Shown in pieces: positions 27,082-38,635 of a stretch of DNA of 53,175 nt. The notes under the pieces are model-generated. The model made no database searches. It was not told where the DNA came from and was given only the letters and a program-made list of their open reading frames with translations. Every line of letters begins with the position of its first letter. The stretch's first letter is position 1. The position numbers were made by a program, and so were the translations under genes. Source of the DNA: Cyanobacteriota bacterium (GTDB lineage Bacteria > Cyanobacteriota > Cyanobacteriia > PCC-6307 > Cyanobiaceae); the NCBI GenBank assembly GCA_046052125.1, contig JBJOMY010000009.1, positions 1 to 53,175 of the forward strand. Direction: 5' to 3'.

Positions 27082-30000
27082 TCAGGCCGCCACCGCCTCG
27101 CGCTCAGCCAGGCCCACATTGGCCTTTTCGCTGGGGGGCACCAGCAGCTTGAAGCGCGCCTTCCAGGTGCTCCAATCGGCCAGGATCGCCGCGGCCTTGC
27201 TGCTGCCGGTGACCTCGAGGTGGGCCTCCAGCAGCGGCTTGAGCAGCGCTTCCTGCTCGGGGGTGGTGAGCTCACAGATCGCCACGATCTCGGGATTCAC
27301 CCGCTCGCGCAGGCCGCCTGTCTCATCGAGCAGGAAGGCCACACCACCGGTCATGCCGGCGGCCACGTTGCGGCCGGTGCTGCCCAGCACCACCACCACA
27401 CCGCCGGTCATGTATTCGCAGCAGTGATCGCCGGCGCCTTCCACAACGGTGCGGGCACCGCTGTTGCGCACCGCAAAACGCTCGCCGGCGCGGCCCAGGG
27501 CGAACAGCTCACCACCGGTGGCGCCGTAGAGGCAGGTGTTGCCCAAGATCACCTGGCTGCCGGGATCACGGCCACCGGCCGGGGGCACCACGCTGATGCG
27601 GCCGCCATTGATGCCCTTGCCCACGTAGTCGTTGGCTTCGCCCACCAGGCGCACGTTCATGCCCTGCACGGTGAACGCGCCGAAGCTCTGGCCGGCGGCA
27701 CCTTCGTAAGTGAGATCCAGCTGGCCCTGGAAGCCAGTGTTGCCATGGCGGGCAGCGATCTCACCACCGAGTCGGGCGCAAACGCTGCGATCGGTGTTGA
27801 TGATTGGCAGGGTGCGGGCCAGGCGGCCGTGGCCCTCGATCGCGGCCACCAGCTCGGCATCAGCCAGCAGTTGGTCTTCCAGGATGGGGCCGTTGCCGTG
27901 GGCTTCGGCGTCGTGCTGGAGCCAACTGCGATCGGCCGCCTGCGGAATGGGATCGAGCAGGCAGGAGAGATCGATCGCTTTGGTTTTCGCCAGCTGCACG
28001 GCTCGGGGCTGGAGCAGCTCGGTGCGGCCGATCAGATCCTCGAGATGCGCCACGCCAAGCACGCTCAGCAACTGACGCACCTCTTCCGCCACGAACAGGA
28101 AGAAGTTCACCACGTGCTCGGGAATGCCGGTGAAGCGCTTGCGCAGCGCTTCCTTCTGAGTGGCCACACCCACCGGGCAGTTATTGGTGTGGCAAACGCG
28201 GGCCATGATGCAGCCCTCGGCGATCATCGCGATCGAGCCGAAGCCGTATTCCTCAGCGCCGAGCAGGGCGGCGATGATCACGTCCCAGCCGGTCTTGAGG
28301 CCGCCATCGGCGCGCAGCAGCACGCGATCACGCAGGCCGTTTTCCAGCAGCGCCCGGTGCACTTCGGTGAGGCCGAGCTCCCAGGGGCCGCCGGCGTGCT
28401 TGATCGAGCTCAGCGGTGAGGCGCCGGTACCGCCGTCGTGGCCGGAGATCTGAATCACATCGGCGTTGGCCTTGGCCACACCGGCGGCGATGGTGCCGAT
28501 GCCGATTTCAGCCACCAGCTTCACGCTCACCTTGGCGGCGGGGTGCACCTGGTGGAGGTCGTGGATCAGCTGGGCCAGATCCTCAATCGAATAGATGTCG
28601 TGGTGGGGTGGCGGTGAGATCAGCGCCACGCCGGGCTTGCTGTTGCGCAGCCAGGCGATGTAGGGATCCACCTTCGGGCCGGGCAGCTGACCGCCTTCGC
28701 CGGGCTTGGCCCCTTGGGCGACCTTGATCTCCAGCTGCTTACCGCTGCGCAGGTATTCGGGGGTCACCCCGAAGCGACCTGAAGCGATCTGCTTGATCGC
28801 GGAGCAGGCGGTGTCGCCGTTGCGCAGGCCCTTGATCGTGGGCAGGGTGGCGGAGTGGCCCTCGCCATCCACATCGCTGAGGGTGTGGAAGCGGGCCGGA
28901 TCCTCACCGCCCTCGCCGCTGTTGCTCTTGCCGCCAATGCGGTTCATCGCCACGGCCAGCACCTCGTGGGCTTCGCGCGAGAGGGCGCCGAGGCTCATGC
29001 CGCCGGTGCAGAAGCGGGAGCAGATGCTCTCCACGCTCTCCACCTGATCGAGGGGCAGAGGAGCGGTGGCGGGCTTGAGCTCCAGAAGATCGCGCAGGGC
29101 CGTGACCGGGCGGTTCTCCAGCAGGGTTTTGTAGGTGGAGAAGTGGTCGTAGCCGGGGCCAGCCTCAACAGCCGCGTGGAGGGCCTTGGCCATCTCCGGG
29201 CTGTTGAGGTGGTATTCGCCACCGGTGCGGTATTGCACAAAGCCCATGAACTCGAGCTTGGTGCGGTTGAGCTCGGGGAAGGCCTTGGCGTGGAAGCTCA
29301 GGGTTTCGCTGGCCAGCTCGCTCAAGCTCAGGCCGGCCACCCGACTGGTGGTGCCCTTGAAGGCCAGCTCGATCAGGTCGGCACCGATGCCGATCGCCTC
29401 AAAGATCTGGGCGCCGTGGTAACTGGCGAGCAGCGAGATCCCGATCTTGGACAGGATCTTGCGCAGGCCGTCTTCCAAGGCCTTGCGCACGTTGGCCTGC
29501 ACCAGATCAGCGGTGAGGGCGGGCAACTTGCCGCGCTCGATGTTGGTTTGCACCTTGGGCTGCGCCAGCCAGTGGCGCGCCGTTTCCCAGGTGAGCCAGG
29601 GACATACGGCGCTGGCACCGAAACCGATCAGGCAGGCCAGGTGATGGGTACTCCAGCACTGGGCCGTATCGGCCACCAGGGAGGTCTGCAGACGCAGGCC
29701 GAGGTTGAGCAGGTGGTGGTGCACCGCACCCACCGCCAGCAGCGGCGGGATGTAAGTGGTGGTGGCGGTGATGCCCCGATCCGAGAGCACCAGGATCTGG
29801 CTGCCGCCGCGCACGGCGGCTTCAGCCTCAGCCTTGAGCTTCTCCACAGCAGCCGCAAGGCCCGAGGGCCCATCGGTGATCGGCATCAGGGTGGAGAGGG
29901 TGCTGCAGGCAATGCCCTGCTGCGCCACGGCGGCCAGCTCCGCCTCATTGAGGATGGGGCTGTCGAGATGCAGCGCGGCAGCGGCTGAGGCTTGGGGCTG

Positions 30001-31665
30001 CAGCGGTGAGCCGCGCTTGCCCAGATGCATCTCCAGGCTCATCACCAGCTTTTCCCGCAGCGGATCGATCGGCGGGTTGGTGACCTGCGCGAAACGCTGC
30101 TTGAAGTAGTCGTAGAGCAGGTGCGGCTTCTCGGAGAGCACCGCCAAGGGGATGTCGTCACCCATGCAGTAGGTGGGCTCCTTGCCAGCACCGGCCATGT
30201 CTTCGATCACCAGATCGAAGTCTTCAGCGGTGAAACCAAACGCTGTTTGCAGCTGCAGCAGCTCCAGATCGCCGAGGTTGCGCTCCTGGGCCCAAGGCTG
30301 GGCCGTGAGGTTGCGGCGATGCTCAGCCAACCACTGGCCATAGGGGTGGCGCGACGCCACTTCCTGCTTCACCTCCCAGTTGTGCAGCAGGCGGCCGTTC
30401 TCCAGATCCACGGCCAGCATCTGGCCGGGGCCGAGGCGGCCCTTCTCGATGATGCGGCTCTCCTCGAGCTCCACCACACCGGTTTCCGAGCCCATCACCA
30501 CGAAGCCGTCGCTGGTGATGCAGTAGCGAGCTGGGCGCAGGCCATTGCGATCGAGGGTGGCGCCCACGCTGCGGCCATCGGCGAACACGAGCAGCGCCGG
30601 GCCGTCCCAGGGCTCCTGGGTGCAGGCGGAATATTCGTAGAAGGCCTGGATCTCCGGCTTATCGGCCAGCTCGGGCTGGTCGCGGAAGGCCTCCGGCACC
30701 AGGGTGAGCAGGCTCTCGGTGATCGGGCGGCCGCTGCGCACCAGCAGCTCAAGGGTGGCGTCGAGGTTGGCGGAATCACTGAAGGCCGGGTTCACCACCG
30801 GCTTGAGGTCGGCGGCGGCATCGCCCCACACCGCATCGAGATCAGCCTCGGAGGCGCGGGCCCAGTTGAGGTTGCCCAGCAGGGTGTTGATCTCGCCGTT
30901 GTGGCCGAGCAGGCGCATCGGCTGGGCCAGGGGCCAGCGGGGCAGGGTGTTGGTGCTGAAGCGGCGGTGATACACCGCGAAGCTCACGGCGAAGCGCTCA
31001 TCGCGCAGGTCGCCATAAAACGCGGAGAGCACCTCCGAGCGCACCATTCCCTTGTAAACAACGGTGCGACCGCTCAGGGAAGCGAAATAGAGGTCGCTGG
31101 GGCCGGCGCCCCAGGCGGCGCGAGCCCGATCGCCGCACCTGCGGCGCAGACGGAAAAGCAGAGCTTCGAGCGCATCACCAGCCTCAGGGGCACCGATCAG
31201 CCACTGTTCGATCGCGGGCGCCGTGCCGCGAGCGAGTGGGCCGAGCACTGCGGGGGCCACCGGCACCTGGCGCCAGCCCAGGCTGCTGAGGCCCAGCTTG
31301 GCGGCTTCCTCGGCGCAGAAAACCTTGGCCTGCTCGCGGCGAACCGCATCGGCCGGCAGAAACACCATGCCCAGGCCGCGGGGGCCGGCGCTGGCAGCCG
31401 CTGCTTCAGGCCACACAGCATCCAGATAGCTCCAGGGAATGCCGCAGAGCACGCCGGCACCGTCGCCGGAATCACCATCGCCGCCGCAACCACCGCGGTG
31501 CTCCATGCAATCGAGGCCGCGCAGGGCCTGACGCAGCACCCAGTGGCTGGCCTCACCCTTCAGGCTGGCCAGAAAACCCACACCGCAGGCATCCTTCTCG
31601 CCGGCCACCGCCGCCGGGGCGGGGCTATCGCGATGGGGCCATTCGGGGCGAGAAAACTGCGACAT
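27082..31665 (-). CDS. gltB: Ferredoxin-dependent glutamate synthase (Fd-GOGAT)
   Basis: ATG 31665 (MSQFSRP); EKDACGVGF, HRRFSTNT, QIASGRFGV, CIMARVCHTNNCPVGVATQ, GDHCCEYMTGG; no gltD adjacent. Confidence 0.97.
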   Translation of the reverse strand: MSQFSRPEWPHRDSPAPAAVAGEKDACGVGFLASLKGEASHWVLRQALRGLDCMEHRGGCGGDGDSGDGAGVLCGIPWSYLDAVWPEAAAASAGPRGLGMVFLPADAVRREQAKVFCAEEAAKLGLSSLGWRQVPVAPAVLGPLARGTAPAIEQWLIGAPEAGDALEALLFRLRRRCGDRARAAWGAGPSDLYFASLSGRTVVYKGMVRSEVLSAFYGDLRDERFAVSFAVYHRRFSTNTLPRWPLAQPMRLLGHNGEINTLLGNLNWARASEADLDAVWGDAAADLKPVVNPAFSDSANLDATLELLVRSGRPITESLLTLVPEAFRDQPELADKPEIQAFYEYSACTQEPWDGPALLVFADGRSVGATLDRNGLRPARYCITSDGFVVMGSETGVVELEESRIIEKGRLGPGQMLAVDLENGRLLHNWEVKQEVASRHPYGQWLAEHRRNLTAQPWAQERNLGDLELLQLQTAFGFTAEDFDLVIEDMAGAGKEPTYCMGDDIPLAVLSEKPHLLYDYFKQRFAQVTNPPIDPLREKLVMSLEMHLGKRGSPLQPQASAAAALHLDSPILNEAELAAVAQQGIACSTLSTLMPITDGPSGLAAAVEKLKAEAEAAVRGGSQILVLSDRGITATTTYIPPLLAVGAVHHHLLNLGLRLQTSLVADTAQCWSTHHLACLIGFGASAVCPWLTWETARHWLAQPKVQTNIERGKLPALTADLVQANVRKALEDGLRKILSKIGISLLASYHGAQIFEAIGIGADLIELAFKGTTSRVAGLSLSELASETLSFHAKAFPELNRTKLEFMGFVQYRTGGEYHLNSPEMAKALHAAVEAGPGYDHFSTYKTLLENRPVTALRDLLELKPATAPLPLDQVESVESICSRFCTGGMSLGALSREAHEVLAVAMNRIGGKSNSGEGGEDPARFHTLSDVDGEGHSATLPTIKGLRNGDTACSAIKQIASGRFGVTPEYLRSGKQLEIKVAQGAKPGEGGQLPGPKVDPYIAWLRNSKPGVALISPPPHHDIYSIEDLAQLIHDLHQVHPAAKVSVKLVAEIGIGTIAAGVAKANADVIQISGHDGGTGASPLSSIKHAGGPWELGLTEVHRALLENGLRDRVLLRADGGLKTGWDVIIAALLGAEEYGFGSIAMIAEGCIMARVCHTNNCPVGVATQKEALRKRFTGIPEHVVNFFLFVAEEVRQLLSVLGVAHLEDLIGRTELLQPRAVQLAKTKAIDLSCLLDPIPQAADRSWLQHDAEAHGNGPILEDQLLADAELVAAIEGHGRLARTLPIINTDRSVCARLGGEIAARHGNTGFQGQLDLTYEGAAGQSFGAFTVQGMNVRLVGEANDYVGKGINGGRISVVPPAGGRDPGSQVILGNTCLYGATGGELFALGRAGERFAVRNSGARTVVEGAGDHCCEYMTGGVVVVLGSTGRNVAAGMTGGVAFLLDETGGLRERVNPEIVAICELTTPEQEALLKPLLEAHLEVTGSSKAAAILADWSTWKARFKLLVPPSEKANVGLAEREAVAA

Positions 31666-31920
31666 AACCCGGCGACAACCTTGTACGAGTTGATCCAGCG
31701 CTAGAGCGAACCAACCACCTACAGATCGGGGGGCACCAGCGGTGCCGACTTCCAATGGGGCAGCTGGCGGATCTGCACACGAGGTACACCGCAACCACCG
31801 CCGAAGCCCTGGCTCGCCCGGCCTGAGGCCGCGCTGCGAACTGATGATCCTAAGAGCTGAACTCCCCTGGGCGGACCTGGATGCGCTCGCTAGCGTGGCC
31901 GGGCCCGCCGCCACTCATGG

Positions 31921-33696
31921 ATGGCCCCCCTGACGGCGCTGGCAGCCCTGCTTCCAGGCATCCCCCTCACCCCGCCACCGCCGCCGCCCGAAGTCGTGGC
32001 GCCTGTGGTTGCGCCGCGACAACGGCCGTTCAGCACCGCCCGAAGCCAGGGCAGCGTGGTGAGCGTGAACGGCCAGCGCCAGCAAGCCCTCTGGCTCGTC
32101 GAGCAAGGGGAGTTGTGGCTCCCCTTAGAGGTGCTGGAAGGGCAGCTGGGCGTGAGCCGCAGCAACGCTGCCAGCGGCATCGAGCTCGAGTGGTTTGGCC
32201 GCAAGGCCGTGGTGCCCCCTGCGCGCCAGCGCAGCCTTGACGATGAAGTGGCGGTGCCGGTGAGCGCGCTGCTCGAAGCCGTGGGCGTGTCCGTGCGCCC
32301 CCAGGGCAAGGAGCTGGAACTGCAGCTGCCCGCTCGCCCACTGCAGGCGATCCGATGGAAAGACCAAGGCATCAGCGGCCGGCGTGTGGTGCTCGATCTC
32401 AGCGCCCCAGCGCTGGTGCGCAGCGGCGACGGACGACTCTTGATCGGCACCGAGGCCACGGGGCCGCAGCTGGAGCAGCTGAACCAACTGGGGCTCAGGC
32501 CCAGCCAAAGCCAGGGATGGCTCACCCTGCAGCTGCCCGAGGCGGGGGAGCGGCTGAGTCTGGGCAGCCCCTGGCGCCTGGTGCTCGATCTACCGGCAGC
32601 CGAAGGCAGCGCCAGCGCGCCGACGGCACCCGCCCCAGAGCGCGATCCACGGCTGCTGGCCTTGCAGAACCAGGGTCTGCAGCTGGAGCGGCGCATCAGC
32701 CGGATCGGCTCGCGGCAGGTGTTGATCAACAGCGTCCGCCTGGATCCGCGCGCCGTGCCGCTGGAGCTCAGGCCCCTCAACCGCAGCGATGGCATGCAGG
32801 GGCTCAGCAGCCTCAGTCAGTTGGCCCGTCAGGAGGAGGCGCTGATCGCGATCAACGGCGGCTACTTCAATCGTGTGAACCGCCTACCACTGGGGGCGAT
32901 GCGCGAGCAGGGGCGCTGGCTGTCGGGCCCGATCCTCAACCGCGGCGTTGCCGGCTGGAGCGCGGGTGAGCTGCCAACCTTCGATCGACTGATGCTGATC
33001 GAATCGGTGTCCGACCGCAGCGGCCAGCGCTGGCCGATCGCGAGCGTGAACAGCGGCTACGTGCAGAAGGGGCTGGCGCGCTACACCGCCGACTGGGGCC
33101 CGCGCTACCAACCGATCACCGGCAGCGAGATGGCTGTGCTGCTGCGCAACGGCACGGTGAGCGAACGCTTCGAAGCAGGGCAGCTCAGCGCCGGGGTGGC
33201 GCTGCGACCCGGCGAACAATTGATCGTGGCCCGCGGTGGCGTGAACGTGCCTTGGCAACCAGGCGAGGCACTGAGCCTGGAGAGCAAGCCCAGCAGTGGC
33301 GTTGGCCAGAAAGCCAACGTGCTGGGCGGGGGGCCACTGCTGTTGAAAGACGGCCAGGTGGTGCTCAATGGCGCCGCCGAGGGCTTCAGTTCGGGCTTCA
33401 TCGCGCAGGCCGCCCCGCGCACGGTGGTTGGCAGCGATGGCCGCCAGCTGTGGCTGATCACCCTGCAAGGGGTGAACAACGCCGGACCCACACTGCTGGA
33501 AACAGCCCTGCTGATGCGCCAGGAAGGATTGGTAGACGCCTTGAACCTCGATGGCGGCAGCTCAACGGGCCTGGTGCTCGCGGATGTGCACACGGTGAAG
33601 GGCCGCGGAGTGGCGGCAGCGGTGCACAACGGGCTCGGCCTGGTGCCCCGAGACGGGTCTCCAGGCCAACGGGCCATGGCAGCAGGCCCGCGCTGA
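31921..33696 (+). CDS. Phosphodiester glycosidase (NAGPA/DUF2233) family protein
   Basis: AINGGYF, GGGPLLL, APRTVVG, ALNLDGGSST, VHNGLG. Confidence 0.87.
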   Translation: MAPLTALAALLPGIPLTPPPPPPEVVAPVVAPRQRPFSTARSQGSVVSVNGQRQQALWLVEQGELWLPLEVLEGQLGVSRSNAASGIELEWFGRKAVVPPARQRSLDDEVAVPVSALLEAVGVSVRPQGKELELQLPARPLQAIRWKDQGISGRRVVLDLSAPALVRSGDGRLLIGTEATGPQLEQLNQLGLRPSQSQGWLTLQLPEAGERLSLGSPWRLVLDLPAAEGSASAPTAPAPERDPRLLALQNQGLQLERRISRIGSRQVLINSVRLDPRAVPLELRPLNRSDGMQGLSSLSQLARQEEALIAINGGYFNRVNRLPLGAMREQGRWLSGPILNRGVAGWSAGELPTFDRLMLIESVSDRSGQRWPIASVNSGYVQKGLARYTADWGPRYQPITGSEMAVLLRNGTVSERFEAGQLSAGVALRPGEQLIVARGGVNVPWQPGEALSLESKPSSGVGQKANVLGGGPLLLKDGQVVLNGAAEGFSSGFIAQAAPRTVVGSDGRQLWLITLQGVNNAGPTLLETALLMRQEGLVDALNLDGGSSTGLVLADVHTVKGRGVAAAVHNGLGLVPRDGSPGQRAMAAGPR

Positions 33697-33743
33697 GCGG
33701 ATCAACCCCTGACACACTGGGCCGATCGCGCCGATCACACGTC

Positions 33744-34112
33744 ATGCCGAAGGGCCACAGCCTGCGCCTCACCGCAGCGGCCGCTGCCGAACTCGGGCGG
33801 CAGGCAGCGGTGGCCGGGACCCCCGGGATGATGCATCTCGACCTGGTGGACGGCAGCTGCGAGCGCTGGGTGATCCGCATCCGCCCGGGGCACCTCTCGG
33901 GGGTGCCGGTGGCCCGTGCCGACGGCATCACCCTGTTCTCTCCAGGAGAGCAATGCGAGCGCCTCGGGGCGCTTGAGCTCGACTACCGCGGTGATCTGAG
34001 CGGCGGCGGCTTCCTGGTGCGGGCCGGCCGCGAGCTGCGGATCTGCGCCTGCGGCGCTGCCTTCAGCCCCAGCGACGAGGCGGCCGGGGTGGGGGTGCAG
34101 GCGACAAAGTAA
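33744..34112 (+). CDS. HesB/IscA-like (A-type Fe-S carrier fold) protein
   Basis: [35 protein letters not shown]. Confidence 0.8.
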   Translation: MPKGHSLRLTAAAAAELGRQAAVAGTPGMMHLDLVDGSCERWVIRIRPGHLSGVPVARADGITLFSPGEQCERLGALELDYRGDLSGGGFLVRAGRELRICACGAAFSPSDEAAGVGVQATK

Positions 34113-34164
34113 TGTGGCGGATTGTCGTAACGGTCGGCCTTCCGACCTCCCTTACCGGCCCTCG

Positions 34165-34539
34165 ATGCCCACGATTCAGCAGCTGATCCGCAGCGAGCGG
34201 CAGCGCCTTACCCGCAAGACCAAGTCGCCTGCCCTCCGCGCCTGCCCTGAGCGCCGTGGTGTGTGCACCCGCGTGTACACCTCCACTCCGAAGAAGCCGA
34301 ACTCGGCTCTGCGGAAGGTTGCCCGTGTGCGTCTCACCTCCGGTTTCGAGGTCACGGCCTACATCCCCGGGATCGGCCACAACCTCCAGGAGCACTCCGT
34401 GGTGATGATCCGCGGCGGTCGTGTCAAAGACCTGCCCGGCGTTCGCTACCACATCATCCGCGGCACCCTCGACACCGCCGGTGTGAAGGATCGCCGTCAG
34501 TCGCGCTCCAAGTACGGCGCCAAGACGCCCAAGGATTGA
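34165..34539 (+). CDS. rpsL: 30S ribosomal protein S12
   Basis: [32 protein letters not shown]. Confidence 0.99.
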   Translation: MPTIQQLIRSERQRLTRKTKSPALRACPERRGVCTRVYTSTPKKPNSALRKVARVRLTSGFEVTAYIPGIGHNLQEHSVVMIRGGRVKDLPGVRYHIIRGTLDTAGVKDRRQSRSKYGAKTPKD

Positions 34540-34579
34540 TCTCCTCCCAGCCGTTTCCTGACTTCCACTCCCCAGGTTT

Positions 34580-35050
34580 ATGTCCCGCCGCAACGCCGCC
34601 GAGAAGCGCCCGATTCTTCCGGATCCTCAGTTCAACAGCCGTCTGGCCACGATGATCGTGGCGCGGCTGATGAAGCACGGCAAGAAATCCACTGCTCAGC
34701 GGATCCTGTCTGATGCCTTCTCACTGATCGGCGAGCGCACCGGCGCGAACCCCCTGGAAGTGTTCGAAACTGCCGTGAAGAACGCCACTCCCCTGGTGGA
34801 AGTCCGCGCTCGTCGCGTTGGTGGCGCCACCTATCAGGTGCCGATGGAAGTGCGTCAGGAACGCGGCACCGCCATGGCGCTGCGCTGGCTGGTGAACTTC
34901 TCCCGCGCCCGTAACGGCCGCAGCATGGCTCAGAAACTGGCTGGTGAACTGATGGACGCCGCCAACGAAGCTGGCAGCGCTGTTCGCAAGCGCGAAGAGA
35001 CCCACAAGATGGCCGAAGCCAACAAGGCCTTCGCTCACTACCGCTACTAA
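34580..35050 (+). CDS. rpsG: 30S ribosomal protein S7
   Basis: [26 protein letters not shown]. Confidence 0.99.
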   Translation: MSRRNAAEKRPILPDPQFNSRLATMIVARLMKHGKKSTAQRILSDAFSLIGERTGANPLEVFETAVKNATPLVEVRARRVGGATYQVPMEVRQERGTAMALRWLVNFSRARNGRSMAQKLAGELMDAANEAGSAVRKREETHKMAEANKAFAHYRY

Positions 35051-35162
35051 ATCGCAGCGATTGCAGGGCCTGGGCGGCCCTGCACCAGAACGGGTCGGCA
35101 GAGCCGGCTTGTAGAGTGACGCCCTCTTTTTTTGTTGATTACACCCTCCGGAGATCTGCCCC

Positions 35163-37238
35163 GTGGCTCGCGCCTATCCCCTAGAACGCGTAAGAAATAT
35201 TGGCATTGCCGCGCACATTGATGCTGGCAAAACCACCACCACTGAACGCATCCTGTTCTATTCGGGTGTGGTTCACAAGATCGGTGAGGTGCACGATGGC
35301 GCCGCTGTAACCGATTGGATGGCCCAGGAGCGCGAGCGGGGCATCACCATCACGGCTGCGGCCATTTCCACCAGCTGGAAAGATCACCGCATCAACATCA
35401 TTGATACGCCGGGCCACGTGGACTTCACCATCGAGGTGGAGCGTTCCATGCGCGTGCTCGACGGTGTGATCGCCGTGTTCTGCGCCGTGGGTGGCGTGCA
35501 GCCCCAGTCGGAAACGGTGTGGCGTCAGGCGGATCGCTACAGCGTTCCCCGCATGGTGTTCGTCAACAAGATGGACCGCACCGGCGCCGACTTCCTGAAG
35601 GTGTACGGGCAGATCAAGGATCGCCTGAAAGCCAACGCGGTTCCCATTCAGCTGCCGATCGGCGCTGAAGGCGAGCTCAGCGGCATCATCGACCTGGTGA
35701 AGAACCGCGCCTTCATCTACAAAGATGATCTCGGCAAGGAGATCGAAGAGGCCGACGTGCCGGCCGACATGAAGGATCTCGTGGATGAGTGGCGCGCCAC
35801 TCTGATGGAGACCATTGCTGAAACCGATGAGGCTCTGATCGAGAAATTCCTTGAGGAAGGTGAACTCACCGAAGAGGAACTGCACAAAGGCATCCGTGAA
35901 GGTGTGCTGAAGCACGGCCTAGTGCCGATGCTCTGCGGCTCCGCCTTCAAGAACAAGGGCGTTCAGCTGCTGCTCGACGCCGTGGTGGATTACCTGCCCG
36001 CTCCGGTGGATGTGCCCCCGATCCAGGGTCTGCTCCCCGATGGCAGCGAAGCGGCCCGTCCTGCCGACGACAGCGCTCCCTTCAGCGCACTGGCCTTCAA
36101 GGTGATGGCCGATCCCTTCGGCAAGCTCACCTTTGTGCGCATCTATTCCGGTGTGCTGCAGAAGGGCAGCTACGTGCTCAACTCCACCAAGGACAAGAAA
36201 GAGCGCATTTCCCGCCTGATCGTGCTGAAAGCCGACGATCGCGAGGAAGTGGACGAGCTGCGCGCTGGTGACCTCGGTGCTGTTCTGGGCCTGAAGGACA
36301 CCACCACCGGGGACACCCTGTGCGTCGACACCGATCCCATCATTCTGGAATCGCTCTACATCCCGGAGCCCGTGATCTCCGTGGCGGTCGAGCCGAAGAC
36401 CAAGGGCGATATGGAGAAACTCTCCAAAGCTCTGCAATCGCTGTCCGAAGAAGATCCCACCTTCCGGGTTCGCACGGATCCGGAAACCAGCCAGACCGTG
36501 ATCGCCGGCATGGGCGAACTCCACCTGGAAATCCTGGTGGACCGCATGCTTCGCGAATTCAAGGTGGAAGCCAACATCGGCGCACCTCAGGTGTCCTACC
36601 GGGAAACCATTCGCGGTAGCGCCAAGGGTGAAGGCAAGTTCGCTCGTCAAACCGGCGGCAAGGGCCAATACGGCCACGTGGTGATCGAAATGGAGCCCGG
36701 CGAGCCGGGTTCCGGGTTCGAATTCGTCAACAAAATTGTTGGCGGTGTCGTGCCGAAGGAATACATCGGTCCGGCCGAAGCCGGCATGAAGGAAACCTGC
36801 CAATCCGGTGTGATTGCAGGCTTCCCGATGATCGATGTGAAGGTCACCATGGTCGACGGGTCTTACCATGATGTGGACTCGTCGGAGATGGCGTTCAAGA
36901 TCGCCGGATCCATGGCCTTCAAGGACGGCGTCAAGAAGTGCAACCCCGTGCTGCTTGAACCGATGATGAAGGTCGAGGTGGAGGTTCCCGAGGATTACCT
37001 CGGTTCCGTTATCGGCGACCTCTCATCCCGCCGTGGACAGGTCGAGGGCCAATCCGTGGAAAGCGGACAGTCCAAGGTCCAGTCCAAGGTGCCTCTGGCC
37101 GAGATGTTCGGCTACGCCACCCAGCTCCGATCCATGACCCAGGGTCGGGGTATCTTCTCGATGGAATTCAGCCATTACGAGGAAATTCCTCGCAATGTGG
37201 CAGAAGCCATCATCTCCAAGAATCAGGGCAATTCCTGA
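35163..37238 (+). CDS. fusA: Elongation factor G
   Basis: [23 protein letters not shown]; 691 aa; GTG start after GGAG. Confidence 0.99.
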   Translation: MARAYPLERVRNIGIAAHIDAGKTTTTERILFYSGVVHKIGEVHDGAAVTDWMAQERERGITITAAAISTSWKDHRINIIDTPGHVDFTIEVERSMRVLDGVIAVFCAVGGVQPQSETVWRQADRYSVPRMVFVNKMDRTGADFLKVYGQIKDRLKANAVPIQLPIGAEGELSGIIDLVKNRAFIYKDDLGKEIEEADVPADMKDLVDEWRATLMETIAETDEALIEKFLEEGELTEEELHKGIREGVLKHGLVPMLCGSAFKNKGVQLLLDAVVDYLPAPVDVPPIQGLLPDGSEAARPADDSAPFSALAFKVMADPFGKLTFVRIYSGVLQKGSYVLNSTKDKKERISRLIVLKADDREEVDELRAGDLGAVLGLKDTTTGDTLCVDTDPIILESLYIPEPVISVAVEPKTKGDMEKLSKALQSLSEEDPTFRVRTDPETSQTVIAGMGELHLEILVDRMLREFKVEANIGAPQVSYRETIRGSAKGEGKFARQTGGKGQYGHVVIEMEPGEPGSGFEFVNKIVGGVVPKEYIGPAEAGMKETCQSGVIAGFPMIDVKVTMVDGSYHDVDSSEMAFKIAGSMAFKDGVKKCNPVLLEPMMKVEVEVPEDYLGSVIGDLSSRRGQVEGQSVESGQSKVQSKVPLAEMFGYATQLRSMTQGRGIFSMEFSHYEEIPRNVAEAIISKNQGNS

Positions 37239-37277
37239 TCTTTCCCATACCCATTTACCCCCCGATTCTTTTTCATC

Positions 37278-38477
37278 ATGGCTCGCGAGAAGTTCGAAAG
37301 GAATAAGCCCCACGTCAACATCGGCACCATCGGCCACGTTGACCACGGCAAGACCACCCTCACTGCCGCCATCACCAACGTGCTGGCCAAGAAGGGTCAG
37401 GCCAAAGCCCAGGCTTACGACCAGATCGACGGTGCTCCTGAAGAGCGTGAGCGCGGTATCACCATCAACACCGCTCACGTTGAGTACGAAACCGACGGTC
37501 GTCACTACGCCCACGTGGACTGCCCCGGCCACGCGGACTACGTGAAGAACATGATCACCGGTGCCGCCCAGATGGACGGCGCGATCCTCGTGGTGGCTGC
37601 CACCGACGGCCCCATGGCCCAGACCAAGGAGCACATCCTGCTGGCCAAGCAGGTGGGCGTGCCCGCTCTGGTGGTGGCACTGAACAAGTGCGACATGGTG
37701 GACGACGAGGAGATCCTCGAGCTGGTGGAACTGGAAGTGCGCGAGCTGCTGAGCAGCTACGACTTCCCCGGTGATGACATCCCCGTTGTGAAGGTGTCCG
37801 GCCTCAAGGCCCTCGAGGGCGACGCCGAGTGGGAAGGCCGCATCAACGAACTGATGGAAGCCGTTGACTCCGGCATCCCCGAGCCCGAGCGCGAAATCGA
37901 CAAGCCCTTCCTGATGGCTGTTGAAGACGTGTTCTCGATCACCGGTCGCGGCACCGTGGCCACCGGCCGTATCGAGCGCGGAAAGGTGAAGGTGGGCGAA
38001 ACCGTCCAGATCGTGGGTATCAAGGACACCCGCGAAACCACCGTCACCGGTGTGGAAATGTTCCGCAAGCTGCTCGACGAGGGCATGGCTGGCGACAACG
38101 TGGGTCTGCTGCTCCGCGGCGTGCAGAAGGAAGACATCGAGCGCGGCATGGTGCTGGTGAAGCCCAACTCCATCAAGCCCCACACCAAGTTCGAAGGTGA
38201 GGTGTACGTGCTGAAGAAGGAAGAAGGCGGCCGCCACACTCCCTTCTTCGCTGGCTACCGCCCGCAGTTCTACATCCGTACAACTGACGTGACCGGCCAA
38301 ATCACCGCCTTCACCGCCGACGACGGCTCCAACGTGGAAATGGTGATGCCCGGCGACCGCATCAAGATGACCGGCGAGCTGATCTGCCCCGTCGCCATCG
38401 AGCAGGGCATGCGCTTCGCTATCCGCGAAGGCGGCCGCACCATCGGTGCCGGCGTGGTCTCCAAGATCATCGAGTGA
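37278..38477 (+). CDS. tuf: Elongation factor Tu
   Basis: [28 protein letters not shown]; 399 aa. Confidence 0.99.
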   Translation: MAREKFERNKPHVNIGTIGHVDHGKTTLTAAITNVLAKKGQAKAQAYDQIDGAPEERERGITINTAHVEYETDGRHYAHVDCPGHADYVKNMITGAAQMDGAILVVAATDGPMAQTKEHILLAKQVGVPALVVALNKCDMVDDEEILELVELEVRELLSSYDFPGDDIPVVKVSGLKALEGDAEWEGRINELMEAVDSGIPEPEREIDKPFLMAVEDVFSITGRGTVATGRIERGKVKVGETVQIVGIKDTRETTVTGVEMFRKLLDEGMAGDNVGLLLRGVQKEDIERGMVLVKPNSIKPHTKFEGEVYVLKKEEGGRHTPFFAGYRPQFYIRTTDVTGQITAFTADDGSNVEMVMPGDRIKMTGELICPVAIEQGMRFAIREGGRTIGAGVVSKIIE

Positions 38478-38510
38478 TCCTGAAGCGGCTTCTGCCGTGA
38501 TTTAGGTTTC

Positions 38511-38548
38511 GGGATGGAGAGCTGCCGTTCGGCATCACTCTCCATCCC
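38511..38548 (+). other. Strong intergenic hairpin between tuf and rpsJ
   Basis: GGGATGGAGAG (38511-38521) pairs with CTCTCCATCCC (38538-38548), with inner TGCC/GGCA stem; no long U tract. Confidence 0.7.
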
Positions 38549-38635
38549 TTCCGCACCTCGACAATCCAGCTTCAACCTCCCAGCTGCCTCGAGCTGCTCG
38601 AGTGCCGCTCCTTGCTGAACTCTCCCGCCTGATCC

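Noticed and set aside
26953..31704. Plus-strand ORFs of 377-559 aa opposite the GOGAT gene
   Set aside because: Shadow frames caused by codon bias; fully overlap a clear gene.
34165..34539. Streptomycin-resistance allele in rpsL
   Set aside because: PKKPNS and RVKDLP motifs are wild type.
35181..38300. Minus-strand ORFs opposite fusA and tuf
   Set aside because: Antisense shadows.
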